A DNA stretch of 64,000 nucleotides from Paramecium tetraurelia (lineage: Eukaryota), in the NCBI GenBank assembly GCA_000165425.1, contig CT867992.1:124001-188000 (forward strand). The letters are read 5' to 3'. Numbering within the stretch: the stretch's first letter is position 1; each line of letters opens with the position of its first letter. This document shows positions 28,001-41,699 of this stretch, piece by piece. A program made the translations under genes and the position numbers. Under the pieces are notes generated by a model. The model was not told the origin of the DNA, ran no database searches, and worked only from the letters and a program-made list of their open reading frames with translations.

Positions 28001-28731
28001 TGAATTAACTATTAGGCTACCATGAAACTGTATTAACAAGATTTCTGGGTTTCTCAAAGATTGCTTATACTAATCCTCCTTCAGGGTCTGACTTGCTTGG
28101 ACTTCTGAATTTCTCTAATTGTACATCATATGTTTCACATATTCTACCATCCTAAACAGCATAATTTAATGAAAAAAACTAAATAATTTTAACAAAATGG
28201 CAATACTTTTCCATCGTTTTTAAAAGAAATAGAGACCAATTGATCAAGGATTCCTTCTATGTTAATTTCTTTAGTTGGTTCTATTTGTACATCAAAGCTC
28301 ACTAATTTTCCATCTCCACAAACAACCACTAATTATTCTTGATTTGGATTCCATGCTGCACCCAATACTCCACATTCAAACTATCCAACGACTTCAGCCT
28401 CATCCTTTTACACTTTGATTATAGCTCCATCTCTATAAACAATAATTAATTGATCATTTTCCATTAAATATTGAAAGGATAGGATTTGAGAGTTATTCTG
28501 AATTTGTTAACCGACTTTGTAAGTAGTTTAAATCTAATATTAGTGGCATTTGATACGCTTATCGATTTATTATTGTATTCGTATTTGATGATGTTGGATT
28601 ATTCATCAATTACATACAGTATTTTTGATAATTCATCAAATGTAAATGCTAATGGTTGTGAGATTTCATAACTAATGGAATAATTGTTAATCTGAGTACC
28701 TTTACTAACATTGAATTTATATTTCTTTCAT
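25060..28731 (-). CDS. ELP1: Elongator complex subunit 1 (IKI3/IKAP)
   Basis: [67 protein letters not shown], and a basic tail followed by KEGSPVEEEYL. Confidence 0.93.
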
Positions 28732-28812
28732 TAATTAAAAAAATAATTAAATAATTAAATACTAATAATTATATTATAATAGTATATTAATTAGATCAAA
28801 AATAAATTTTAT

Positions 28813-29514
28813 TCAAAAGAGTTGAGTACGAAAAGACTTAGGAACATGCAAAGATGGCAAAAATGATTTGATTTTAGGGCTACAAATATTCTTTTCTGTA
28901 CAAAATCTTGGTAAGTTCTTCATTTGGTTTTGTTCCAAAATCAATTTGGCAGTTCTTGAATACTTTGAATATTTCATCATTGGTGAGTTCATGTGTAAGA
29001 TAGCAGGATTCTCAGTTTCAATTAAAGTTTAGGTTTTATTTTTATTGTGTCTCCGAATTTATTTTATTCGAAATTGTTTCTTCATTTGTTGATACCTTTC
29101 GACATAAAGATTTTGAGTTTTTGTTTAAAACTTGCTAAGCTATCCACACTCATCACAATGACAACTATGCCTTCTTTTCTTTTACTTAATCTCCAGTATT
29201 TATTAATCGTAATTTGGAGGTAGACTAATCAATTTGAGTTACCCTCTCAGAAAGGGAAGCTTCTTAACTGCTTAAATTATCTCTAATGAGACATCTGAGT
29301 TAGAATTGGCACTTGAATGAGTAGTATCCCTTTATCGTCTTTGATGTTCATATATTGGACACGAAACATCAGAATGCAATTTTTGGAACATACTCTAATT
29401 TCCACATTCTTTACAACAGCAACTCTATCTTCTAAGATGTTTGATTTGCTCTAGTGATTGATAGGTAAGACTGAAGCTATTTCTTCTAGTTGTTTTAATA
29501 TTACAATAATTCAT
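28813..29514 (-). CDS. Hypothetical protein with two RRxSCxCxxCG motifs (paralog A)
   Basis: 702-nt intronless frame; RRQSCCCKECG and RRHSCHCDECG. Confidence 0.8.
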
Positions 29515-29532
29515 AAAACTAATATATTATGA

Positions 29533-30522
29533 TCAAATCAAAGTTGATTTAAATCTTACTTGGAATATTAATCTTTTAGAACTCTTCCAAATAATTGATT
29601 ATTGATATTAACTTCAAATCCTGATGGAAGTGACTTTTCTGTTTTTTACCTATTTGGTCTATTGATTTTAAGAACTATTGGATTCATAACATTTTGATAT
29701 ATATTCTCCCCTTTCAAGATATCTCATCTTAAAAGTAAAGGGGATTGCTAGAAATCTAACGATTTCTTAGGGGATCCATCCTGTATTTGATTATATTTTA
29801 ATTAATTTCATTTCTAAGATACATTGATTGATCAGTGTTTACAATTTAAAATAGTTTAATAATACATATAATCGATTTCACATTAGCTTTTTCGTCTATC
29901 TGCATGAGAAATCTTTAATTGTAGGAAGAACAATCTAGCTGAAACTCATGCATTCAGTTTTGAGTCTTCTATGTTAATAGTCAATATGTTTCAGACTCAT
30001 CATTTACTTTTTTTATTAAATCAGTTGTTTAGGATCGATCCTGCTTCTGCTTTGCATTTATTCGAGTTGAATTGTTCGACTATGTGTAAGGTTTTTTCTT
30101 TTTATAACAAAAAGCTTTTTTGACTTTTTCTTTTTAATATATGGAACATCCTTATGTTTAATTTGGTATTCTGACATAGGCCCGCATTCAGAACAATTAC
30201 AACTGTTTCTTCTAGGCTTTCGATCTGAATTGTTATAAAAAGAAGGAGCTTGACTCATAGATGTAGACATAGTTCTTGAATTCTTACTGATTTGCTATTT
30301 TTCATCATTCTAAATTTTCTACTAAAGTAATTCTTTTTTGGATTCTTCATTCTGAATTTGTAGTGGCACCCATTCGTTATTTTGATGAATTTATTAAAAC
30401 TGGCTTAGTCTACCGCAATTATCACAATAACAAGAACGTCTCCTAGTTATGACTTCATTTTTAAAATGTTAAGAAAGATCTGGATACTTTTGTTAACTTG
30501 TTCTACGCCATTTAGCATACAT
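29533..30522 (-). CDS. Hypothetical protein with two RRxSCxCxxCG motifs (paralog B)
   Basis: 990-nt frame; RRRSCYCDNCG and RRNSCNCSECG. Confidence 0.8.
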
Positions 30523-31056
30523 CAATTAAGTACTTAGTTTATAAATAAATTAAATACATAAAATAAATTAAATGTAAGAAGTTATGAATTACAATGACAT
30601 ACTATTATTTCATGATTGGTTTATGTTTGAGTTTTATCAGTTATATTTGCCATTCAAAAATACTCTATGATTTAATAACCTTGTCAGTAAGGTTCGATAA
30701 AATTATTTAATTACATTATAATATTCATTCTTTGTATTCCGCTCGGAAAAGTCTACTAGTTAATTTTTACAATTTTACACTCTTTAGTCTTTTTTGATCA
30801 CTTCAATTACTTTAAAAAATGATAGTCATATTATTGGATAACACAAGAGGATAACAAAATGAATGATTTCTTTAGTGATAGTTTATCATAATAATTAAAG
30901 GTGTGAATGAAATGTTATATCTTTGTAGAACAATTAAAAATTGAGACATTTCTTTTAAGAATTCCAATGTCAGTATTGATAGATGAATAAATAAAATTGT
31001 ATTATTTATTGTCAGAAGGCTTAAAGAGATTAATTATTATTTATATTCAACGATAA

Positions 31057-32861
31057 TCAAATATTCACTACATATCCCAATTTCTTTAATTCTTCCATCT
31101 TTTTTTTTGCTTTGGTTGCATTAATCAAAGTCTAGGACAAATAGATATTTTTGGGTAGTTGTCCAGTTTTGACTAGATTGAGAATGGTATCAAGTGTCCT
31201 TTCTGAAATCATATTGGAAGATAGATGCAAAGATGTAATATTCTGATTCTAAGTCAAAGCCTACAATATAATATTGGCACCCTCATCACTAATCTTATTC
31301 CTGGCTAATTTCAACTATTTCACTTTTTTACAATTTTTCAATTGTTCCGCAACAACATTGCAACCCTCATCTCCCAATTCTTAAAGAATAGTAAATATAT
31401 CTTACCAGCATTAGACAGATCCACGATTTCCAGATTGTCATTCCTAAATGCCTGCAGGATGGGTTCAAACTTATCATTAATTTTAAAGGTCTTCTTCCTC
31501 TTTTCCTGTAACTTGGGAGTAGGAGATATCCCTTATCTCAATAATGAAACAGGAGGAGGAGGTTACAAGGAGGCATTATTGTGGATATCCTTATTGGGAC
31601 TCTTCTACTTCAATTATTTCAAGGGAGTGATGGACTACAAACTATGAATAGCAGGTTCTGTTCTCACAGGACTTTTGGCTTGTTGCAATTGTGATTAGGA
31701 TGTGTATTTCAACTCATGCATTGAATTGGATACCACATGGACAACCTAAGAAATCAAATTGTCATCATTGTCTATCCAATCAGCAACAGAGTTATCTCTT
31801 AAAAGCAGAGGCTCCTCTTGATCATATTTACTGAAACTATTCTCTACTTGATTTGTTTCATTGTGATTTAATTGAAATGTTAGAGAACACATAGAATCAA
31901 AACATTTATCTATTTCATGTTTTTTAAAATCCACTCTAATTTTCTTGATCTTCACATTATTGATTCGCTATTCCAACATCTTTAGAGTTCTGTCCATTTC
32001 ATCTAATATGACATTTCCTTAGAACTCCTGATTGTATAGTAAATCCAAGGGTAATTCACCACTTTCAGTCTTGGTTGAAAAATACAGCAACCTATCCTTG
32101 GCTCCTATCTTCCATAAGTCTGCTTATTACAAAATTGATTAGATTGACTCCTTGATCTACCTCTTGGTTTACTACTCCAATGTTTATGTTAATCCATTCA
32201 ATTACTCCAACAACTTATTCTCCTTCAGATCTAGCTACTAATGCAATTCTTTGAATTTCTCTCTAACTGTTATCTGACTCTCCTACAACATTATTGAATA
32301 CTTTTCACTCAATGGCTCATAAAATTTAGACTCTGTTAACTCTTATTGTTTATCCAAGATTCTCTAATAATTCTGCATGATATTCTCAGCCTTCGATGCT
32401 ATCTCTCTGACAACATCATCAACCGATCGAACCTCGTGATGTCTGTGATTACCGAATAAAGCACATTTAGTACAAATTCGAATCTTATCTGTCAAACATA
32501 CTATCTCCAGTTTCTCCAGATGCTCTGTGCACAATTCAATCTTCTCATACGCCAAGTTATTCAAATGTAACTAATATTCTGGTTGCTCTATTGATGGTCT
32601 CTACTTCACTACCATTTTTAAAAGTTAACAATTCTTTGGAAACTCAGTTATGTGTGTCTTCCCCTTTGCAAGAATACTTTATATATCTCATTGTCAGAAT
32701 TACTTATCCTCAGGACAGCATATCTGCTAACCATCAGCACTCATCAACATCTATTAAATGCACTTTTAGCAGATCGTGTGTCCACAATCAGGAAGCATCA
32801 GGGGAATATTCTCGAATTCATTGAATATATTATGGCATTACGGACAAATCAGCTCTTCCAT
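31057..32861 (-). CDS. RING + B-box + coiled coil + C-terminal LRR protein (TRIM-like E3 candidate)
   Basis: CPQC..LPDCGHTICQKC..CCPED RING; CTEHLEKLEIVCLTDKIRICTKCALFGNHRHH B-box; RNI-type LRRs at the C-terminus. Confidence 0.9.
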
Positions 32862-33301
32862 TTTAATTAAAATAACGATATATCATTAAAGGAATACTAT
32901 TATTTAATTATAAAACTCGTATTTCAATTCCAATACAAACAGAAAGGGTTATTAATATTTATTGAAATATAATTAAATAACAAATAAATTTTAACAATTA
33001 TGATTTTCAAGTAAAATTTTGTAAAATCAGAATGTCCAAAATCTAACTTAAAACTTTTGTGTCAATCAAGTTATAATTGTAATATACATAATCGAATTTA
33101 TGTCTCAATCATTTTATTTATTTAATTGTTAATTTGCATGAATTCTTCAATTATTAATTTAGAACCTGTTAATTTGATAGTCCCTATCAGGTATTAATCA
33201 ATTCAATCTTATCTGAAAAGTGAACAATCAAGCAAAAATCACTTTATTATGAAATATCAGATTTTATTCTTCTTCAAAATTAAGATATTTTTATTTTAAA
33301 A

Positions 33302-35124
33302 ATGCCTAAGATATTAGAAAGCATTTCTCGAACTTTGTTAAAATTAAAAAATGAATTCGTGTATCAGGCAGACATATTTGGCCAACCTCCAAGTTTTACA
33401 GTTCTCAAAAGAAGTAAATACACGACTAAATTTGGATTTGTAATGTCAATTTTGATTGGAACACTAAGTGCATACTATTTGATTACTGAAATCACGTCTA
33501 TGATTTCAAAATCAAAGCCGTCGATATATTAAACAGAAATACAAGTGATCGAGACAGATGTAAAATTGAGTCTTATAATTAGTCCTATTATCTTCATAAT
33601 GAAAATTTCACATTAGCAATATCAATTGCAAACCGCTTTTCAGAGCCATTAATTGGAATCAATAAATACTTTAATTTGAATGTGAGTCAGTGCAATAGAG
33701 AAAGGATTAGAAATCCGTCAACAGGAAATATAACAGTGTCATTGAAGTATAAAATCTTTAAGTTAGGTGCATTGAGATGCCCATAGAGCCTTGCAATATG
33801 TCGCATTTTACAACAGACCTTTAGTAAGAATACTTTAAGACGATAAGATTTGGAGGAGTTCAATGTATTAATAGAGATTATATAAAAGCAAATCCCCCGG
33901 TAAAAAATAATTTTATTTAATTAGGTTTTAAAAGGTCAACTCAATGCCTTAGAATATTAATATCTATATATATAATTCACAGCTTGCAAGAATAGTAGTA
34001 GTTTTCAGGGCTGTGCTCCTTAAGAAGAAATCAGAGATATCTTATAAGCAGGGCATTATAATATTTATAAAAGTGATTATATAGCCCAGCTTGATCATCC
34101 TGAAGAACCATATAAATAAATTATCACAAATGAATTCAGTGGTTTTTCTTATAGCACATCAAAAACGATTGTGTAGTCATACAGAATTGTACAAACTGCT
34201 ACAGATGATGGATTGATTTGGGATGTTGAAAATGTTTGGTAAAATATTCAACAAACAGATTGGAGAGAAATATCAGACTTTTATAATCAATAATATCTAA
34301 TTCTTCACGTTATTAAGTTAGACTTTAAATAGACTAATAACATTAGAACATATATCAAATTGTAAACGATTTTAGGAAAACTTGGTGGCATATTGCAAAT
34401 ATTTTTAATGGTTGTTACTATCATTTTAAAACCTATCATTGACAATTTGATGAAGCTAGAAATAGCAAACTCCCTCTACAGATTTCAAGATTCATCAGAA
34501 AAAAAATACACACCTGCAAACAGTAATAAGGAGATTGAAGGCTCAACTAGTTAGAAAAATGAAAAGCTCAACAAGTCGGTGTTTGAGACATTTCTAATAA
34601 TTTTTGGATTGTAGAAAGAAAAGCATTAGTAATTTCTAAGGGCGAGAAATAAAATAGGAAAGAATTTAGACATAGTAACAATCCTAAAAAGATTGCAAGA
34701 AATAGATATGTTGAAACGAATCCTATTTTCAAAAGAGTAGATTGAAATAATAAAGAGCTTACCTAGGCCTCTGATAGATAAGAAATTATTCATTACTCAA
34801 AATCTGATAGAACATGAAATAGATAAAGAGAAAGCGAATTAAATTAATTTATCGCCTCTATAAAGCGAGTAAACAAGATTCAATTAATTTCATTACTTTC
34901 CAAAAATAAATACAGTTTAAGAAAAATAGTAAATCGATACAAATTTACAATTATATTTAGATCATTGCAATGTAATGTTAATAAATAATTCAAAGGATTC
35001 TTAAAAACCAAAAGTCAGGTTGTAAAGCATTTTATTAAAATGCCCATCCTTGCCCTTGTGCAACAGTCAGATAATAAAGTGTGATGAAATAGAAGAGCCT
35101 GTTTATCAGAAAACAAAAAAATGA
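33302..35124 (+). CDS. Two-TM membrane protein with large Cys-containing loop (expanded ciliate family)
   Basis: ADIFGQPP..YTTKFGFVMSILIGTLSAYYLI (TM1); RTYIKLQTILGKLGGILQIFLMVVTIIL (TM2); 3 introns. Confidence 0.8.
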
Positions 35125-35729
35125 TTAAAAATTAATTTAAATATATATATCAAACTATTTAGAATTCATAAGATTTATCTTATATTATAAAAATTTTACT
35201 TGCATCAGCATCTAGGATTTTTTCTATAAGATCCGATTATGACTAACTAGTTTAACTTTTCTATTGATTTTATTATAAACCCACGTTCAAATATTGCTCA
35301 TTTTCATCAATTCCATTCTTTGAATTCACTATTGTGCATAAAATTACCGAAATCTTTATCCTCATCCTTAATCTGTAGTTATTAAGTTACTTTGTTATAT
35401 AAAGGTTAAATTTTGTATCATTTCTTCTCCTTTTGTTTTTCTCAATTTGATAATAAATATATTTGTTTTAAAAGGTTTCCTCTAGATTTGAATTAATTAT
35501 GGATTAAAACTTAATATTTAGCTTAACTATCTTCAATTTTACGAATTGGAGTAATTTATAAGTTAGTACGTGGTTATTATATCTGAAGAAATGCAATATT
35601 TAGCTAAGACGTTTTCGTTCAACATTAATGATTATGATTAATCTTAAAGTACTTCTCTTATGAAATTATATAATATTTAAAATATTTAATTTCTATATTC
35701 TAACTTTTTATAGTTATTCATAATAATCC

Positions 35730-36101
35730 TCATCCTGATTACAATCCTGACCAAATCTTGAAAGCCACTCCAATGCAAGTGCAATTTCTCCAATATCCTT
35801 TTCCTTTACCTCCAATTTTCTCTGCTTCTTTTATAGTTGTATTATTATTAACTTTAATCCTCTTATCTGCTTTCCATTTTTAGCTTCTTACATCATTATA
35901 TAATTCTGTTTCAACATCTTTATCAGGTCCTAAATGATGAATAATATATTTTTCTTCTTTGGTTTCAACTAAAATTCCTGCGTGTTTAACAGGTAAGTAT
36001 TTAGAAATACCACCGCTTTATAGATCTCTTGTAACATATGTAGCTTTCACTATCTATTAATCTTCAATCTTAACAGGCTCTTTACTTTCCCAATTACCCA
36101 T
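35730..36101 (-). CDS. 123-aa putative permuted NlpC/P60 (LRAT/PPPDE-like) protein
   Basis: Intronless. MGNWES.., KHAGILV, YIIHHLG, GYWRNCTCIGVA give a His-His-Cys order. Confidence 0.7.
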
Positions 36102-36651
36102 CTTATTTATTATTATTATTTCGAGATAGAATTTTTTCATTTTATATTTGAGAAATGAAATTCTATTAGAATTTTAACTCTATTTAAAATTAGTATATTA
36201 ACTTAGAAATCTGTATTTCTTTTAGCAAACCAGATATATTATGGATTGGCATATATTAGATATATATATAGATTGCTACATTCATATTATAAAAATATTG
36301 CCCAATACTCCAATATTCATAAGATTTCCTCTTCTCTACACAGTGTTATTGTCATAATATGGATGTCTGAGGATTATGATTATTATGCAGAAGTAGATCC
36401 TATGATTTATTGTAAGTTTTCAAGCTGATTTATCAAAATATGCTAGCATACCTTGAAATCATTTCTTAGTAGATATGTCATTGATTATTTAATTCTTCAA
36501 CCTTTAACGTGTCTTAAAAAGAAAATTGAGCAAATTGCTTGGCTAATTCAGCTTGAATTAATTAACCTTATGTGAATTTATTAAATCTATTTTTTATAAT
36601 TCTATTACACTTGGTATTTTTCTAGCGTAATTTGATAAATCATTTAATAAA

Positions 36652-37819
36652 ATGATGTCTGAAAATCGTGCTATTATTATAGACAATGGATCAGATAAAT
36701 TAAAAGCGGGTATTGCAGGAGATGAGGATCCAAAATGTTGTTTTCCTGCAGTAATAGGAAGACCCAAATATGATAGAATTAAGACTGATTTGGACAGCAA
36801 AGACGTCTATATTGGTAATTAGACTTTAGCCTTGAGAGACGTGTTAGCGCTGAGACACCCAATTAAAAATGGTATTGTCAATAATTGGGATGGTAAAGAA
36901 TGTCTCTACAAAATTATGTAGATATGGAAAGAATTTGGCATCATGCAATTTTCGATGAATTAAAAATCGAACCAGAGGATCACCCAGTTCTTTTGACAGA
37001 GGTTCCGATGAATCCAAAGGCTAACAGAGAAAAAATGACACAAATCGTATTCGAAACATTTAACTTTCCATCATTCTACGTTGCTAGTCAAGCTGTGCTC
37101 TCACTCTATGCTACAGGAAGAGTAACTGGTATTGTTTTAGATTCTGGATTTGGTGCCTCTTACTCAATCCCAATCTATGAAGGTTATTATTTTTCACATG
37201 CTGCTCTCAGAATTTACATAGCAGGAAGTACCTGCACTGAATATTTGGGTTATATCTTGTCTGAATTGGGTGTTCGATTTACGTCTTCAGCCGAAATGGA
37301 AATTGTTAGAGACATAAAAGAGAAGTTATGTTATGTTGCTTATGATTTTGAGGAGGAAATGAAAAAAAACATCGGCAAACCCTTTGAATTACCAGACCGA
37401 AACGTTCTTTTCATCTAAAATCAAAGAATTAGATGTCCTGAATTGCTCTTCAAACCAAGCTTGATTGGTCAGGAAGTTTCGGGTATCCATGAATTAACAT
37501 TCAAATCAATAATGAAGTGCGATATTGACGTCAGAAATGAGCTGTACGAGTTTTAAATTTATATCTTAGTTACAAAAATGTTATCATTTCAGGAGGTACA
37601 GCTATGTTCTCTGGAATCAAAGAAAGGTTGAGCAAAGAATTAAGATCCTTTGCCCCAACATCTATGAAAATTAAAGTCTCTGATACACAAGAGAAGAAAT
37701 TCTCCGCTTGGTCAGGTGGATCAATCTTATCAAAAACGTAGTTCTTGGATTAAATTTGGATCACAAGAAGCGAGTATGATGAAAATGGTCCAATGATTGT
37801 TCATAGAAAGTGTTTTTGA
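36652..37819 (+). CDS. Divergent actin isoform
   Basis: [51 protein letters not shown]; 2 introns. Confidence 0.95.
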
Positions 37820-38393
37820 AAGATCAATCATAAGGATGCTTAAATTTAGCAAATACATTATTTTCATTAATAATTCCTGCTTGAAATTACTAAATTATAC
37901 TTCTAACATAAGAAGCGTTCAAGAAGAAAAAAACGGTTTCATATTTACAAATTTCAAATTTCTTTCTTCTTATTACGCTTTCATTTATCAAAATCCTTTT
38001 CTTTTTAATATTCCATAATCTTCTACATCTAAAGTGAGAATTAAGTTGAAATTAATTCATTAGCTGCTTTATTGTTAACATTTTAAATTCCTTTGGTTCT
38101 CTAATCTTTAAGATAATTTTATAGAACTATTCAAATTCTTCTGATTATGAAAAAGATATATGTTTAAAAAATCCACTTTCTTTTATTTAATGAAATTAAA
38201 TATTGCTCCTAGCGTATCGAAACAGTACCTGATCTCAAATTACTACTTTATCACTAAAGATTTACTTTTGTTTATATTAAATTTATTTATCAATTCTATA
38301 TTATACTACCTACTTAATGCTCAAAAAGTAATAGAATTTTTAAAGAATTACTTAAATTAATTTTATTTAATTACCAGAAAAATTAAAAACAAA

Positions 38394-41292
38394 ATGAAAA
38401 AACAAATTTCTGATTATTCAATGGATAGGTACAAATAAATGGGATTCTCATTTGATTTAATTAATTTAGCTTGGGAAAATTGTGATTCAGAGTCAGAAAT
38501 GGTGAACACGCTCTTAATTTGGTCAGGTTAACTATAATAGAGTTAGAAAACCGGAATTGTATGATTTTTAATACGATTAATAGAAACAAGACGAAGACTC
38601 TCTTATAGCATTCTATTAGCTTGAATCACAAGAGAATAATTAGTCGACAGAATTTCAAATAATCTTGCCTTAACAGAGAATGAGAGTGGATGGAATACCA
38701 TGCGGGTTAAAAAATGTTGGGAATACTTGTTATTTTAATAGTCTGATGTAGATATATTTCTTTAACAGTCAATTCGTTAAGAATATCATGGCTTTCTAAC
38801 CTCCAGAAAAAAACGGGGATGGCAACTTTATTAAATCAACATATTTGGTATAAAAGCTATAAAATCTTTTCGCACGAATGATTGGGAGTGACAAAAGGTA
38901 TGCAGATCCAGGCGAAGTTTTCATGTTTATATGTGACCATTTAGAAAATCCAATCCCGATTAAGAGTTAAAACGATGTAGGGGAATTTAATCATTATTTC
39001 TTAAGTAGGATTCAAGAAGGTCTAACATAAAAAGAACAACAAAATAATCAAATTAGAGATAGCCAGATTGAATCTTCTTCTTCATCAATATTAAAGTCAA
39101 GGTCCTCTATTATTCAGCATGATGACATTGTCTCATAATTGTTTTTTTGTCAGGTATATACCTAAATTAAGTTTGAACAATAAGGTCTTCCCTAAATCAG
39201 GGAAAAAAATGAGCTTTTCAATTGGATTCCACTTAATATAAAAGATGGAAATTTATATGATAGTTTTGAAAGATTCGTTGTTAATCATTTAGATGATTTC
39301 AAAAATGATTAGAGTGAATCTGTTAAGGCTGTTCAATACCATTGGATATCCTCTCCACCTTAAACACTATCATTTCAACTTTAAAGAGTTCAATTTCTTA
39401 AAGAAGAAGGTATATTATAAAGGAGAACATATTTTAGGCAAATCAATCAAATTAAATGATGAGTTTACTTTTGATGAAGAAATCTATATAGATCGCATTT
39501 TAAAGTAAAATCAAAAGATATTTCTAAATATATTAGATTAAAAAAAAGAATTAAATTCCTAATTAATGTAGATTAAAATGTAATAATAAATAAATGAATA
39601 TAATGATCAGAAAGTTATATAGAATGTGATAGCAAGTACAATTTAATTTATTGTTATGTAAAACAATGGAAACTAAAATCATGAATTGGATAATGAAAAA
39701 ATATAATAATTCCACGAATAATAAATGTCCTTTAAGTAACAATAACTCTAATAACAAATTAATGAGATTGAAATGCAATTACAGACTATTTAGAATAATT
39801 ATGATGATTTAAAGGAATACAAATATGTACTCTAATCTATTCTTATGCATATTGGTTCAGCAGGTAATTCTATACTCTATTTTTAGATTGCGGGCACTAT
39901 TACACTTATATCAAAGATTTTGGGCTTAATAAATGGTTTAAATTCAATGACATTGTAGTTTAAGAAGTGACTAAAGAGAAGGTATTTTAAGATGCTTTCG
40001 GAAAAAATAAAGGAGAGAATGCATATATATTAATCTATACTAAGGCAAATAATATGGAACAAGAAATGCAGTCCTAGATGAGAAACTACAGAATAAGCTC
40101 GTAATCTCAATATTTATAGGACATTTATGGAAGTTTCCTTAATAAAAAGTAAAGAGAAGAATTAAACAAAGAGAATTTATAGCTTTAAAAAGAAATAGGC
40201 CAGCATTAACTTTCATTAATAGAATAATTAATGGAATCTTATTAATAGCGATTTAATTTTATTAATGAGCAATATACATAAATATCTACCTCTTGGTAAT
40301 AAGTAAAATTATAGCCTTTGATTATGTTGAACTATCCAATCTATATTAAGAGCAAAATGAATTTAATCAATTAGGGTGATTATGAAAATATATTAAAATG
40401 GGTAGTGATAGAGTAGGCATTTACAGATGTGAATCCAGATAAATAAGGAGTTTAAGGGAATAATACATAAATAACCAATGATGTAATTCTAATGATAATG
40501 ATAGTTATAAAACTTAATTTTGAAGAAATTTATTGAACTCAATAACCCATTAGAATTGCTAAGTCAAAAATAAATAAATGAGAAGTAATAATTGCTTTAG
40601 GAATACCGTAACTATATTTAAATGGCTTCCTTGGCCTCTATTCTGTTTGATAAGATCTTATCCAAAAATTTTATAAGTGCATTATCAATTCTACATCAAT
40701 TGTAATTAATTGTTAAATAATCGAATTAAATAGGGTATTTTCATGAATTAGTGTTATATTTATAAAGTTTAATTCCAATAATAATAATTAGCAAAATGAT
40801 TCCTGTGTAAGAAATAGTAAATTTGCAAGAATTGGAGTTACTCCAAACATATTTCGCAATTTAGAATTTGAAGTATTAAATACCAACCCCAATATCCGAA
40901 ATATAGATTTAAATAATAATGAATGCAATCTATGAAAATCATAAAGAACCATAAATTCAGAAATTTATTGATTAATTTTCCAATTCAAATTTAAATCCAA
41001 AATTAGTAGAATAGATTGATAAGATTAGTGATGTAAACACTTATAAATTTATAAATATAGGATGTAATTACCGAACAAAAATAATTAAGCGCTCATTATG
41101 ATATTTACAATTGGTCTCTTCATTAGAAGTCAGATATTTTATTTGATAAGTTGACCACAAATGGGATTGATTTGAAAGCCAATTTTAAAGTACTAAAACT
41201 ATTAAATTTAGAAATATATCAAAATATACAAGAAAGCGGTTGTTAAAAAAAAAACTTTGATGAAAGAAGAAATAGAAGCTTTATTAGCTTGA
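38394..41292 (+). CDS. Ubiquitin C-terminal hydrolase (USP, USP25/28-like) with N-terminal UBA-like segment
   Basis: Cys box GLKNVGNTCYFNSLMQ; His box ILMHIGSADCGHYYTYI..WFKFND. Confidence 0.92.
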
Positions 41293-41699
41293 TAGATATT
41301 TTGAGCATAAATATAATTACGAAATTCAAAATTTTTCAATTATTTTTAAATATTAAATGTTTTGCCTTTTCTTTTTTGTCCTGTTCATTTCTTAGTTTAG
41401 TATCATTTTAAAAGATCTTAGGATCTCATCAGAAGTAGAAATGCAAACACGCACATGTGGATGTATTTTGAAGTATTACAGAATATTAAAATTCAGATAA
41501 TAGTACTATATAAATAGAATTTTAAATATATAAATATATTATTTATAAATTTAATTAAAATACTTAATAATTAATTTATTTAATTCTAGAACAAAATTTA
41601 TATTAAGTAAATTTTATTGTGCTGTGATGTCATAGGTTTTTAAAATGACATTAAAATGAAATTGGATGAATTCATTAAAAATTAAATTACAGACAACAA

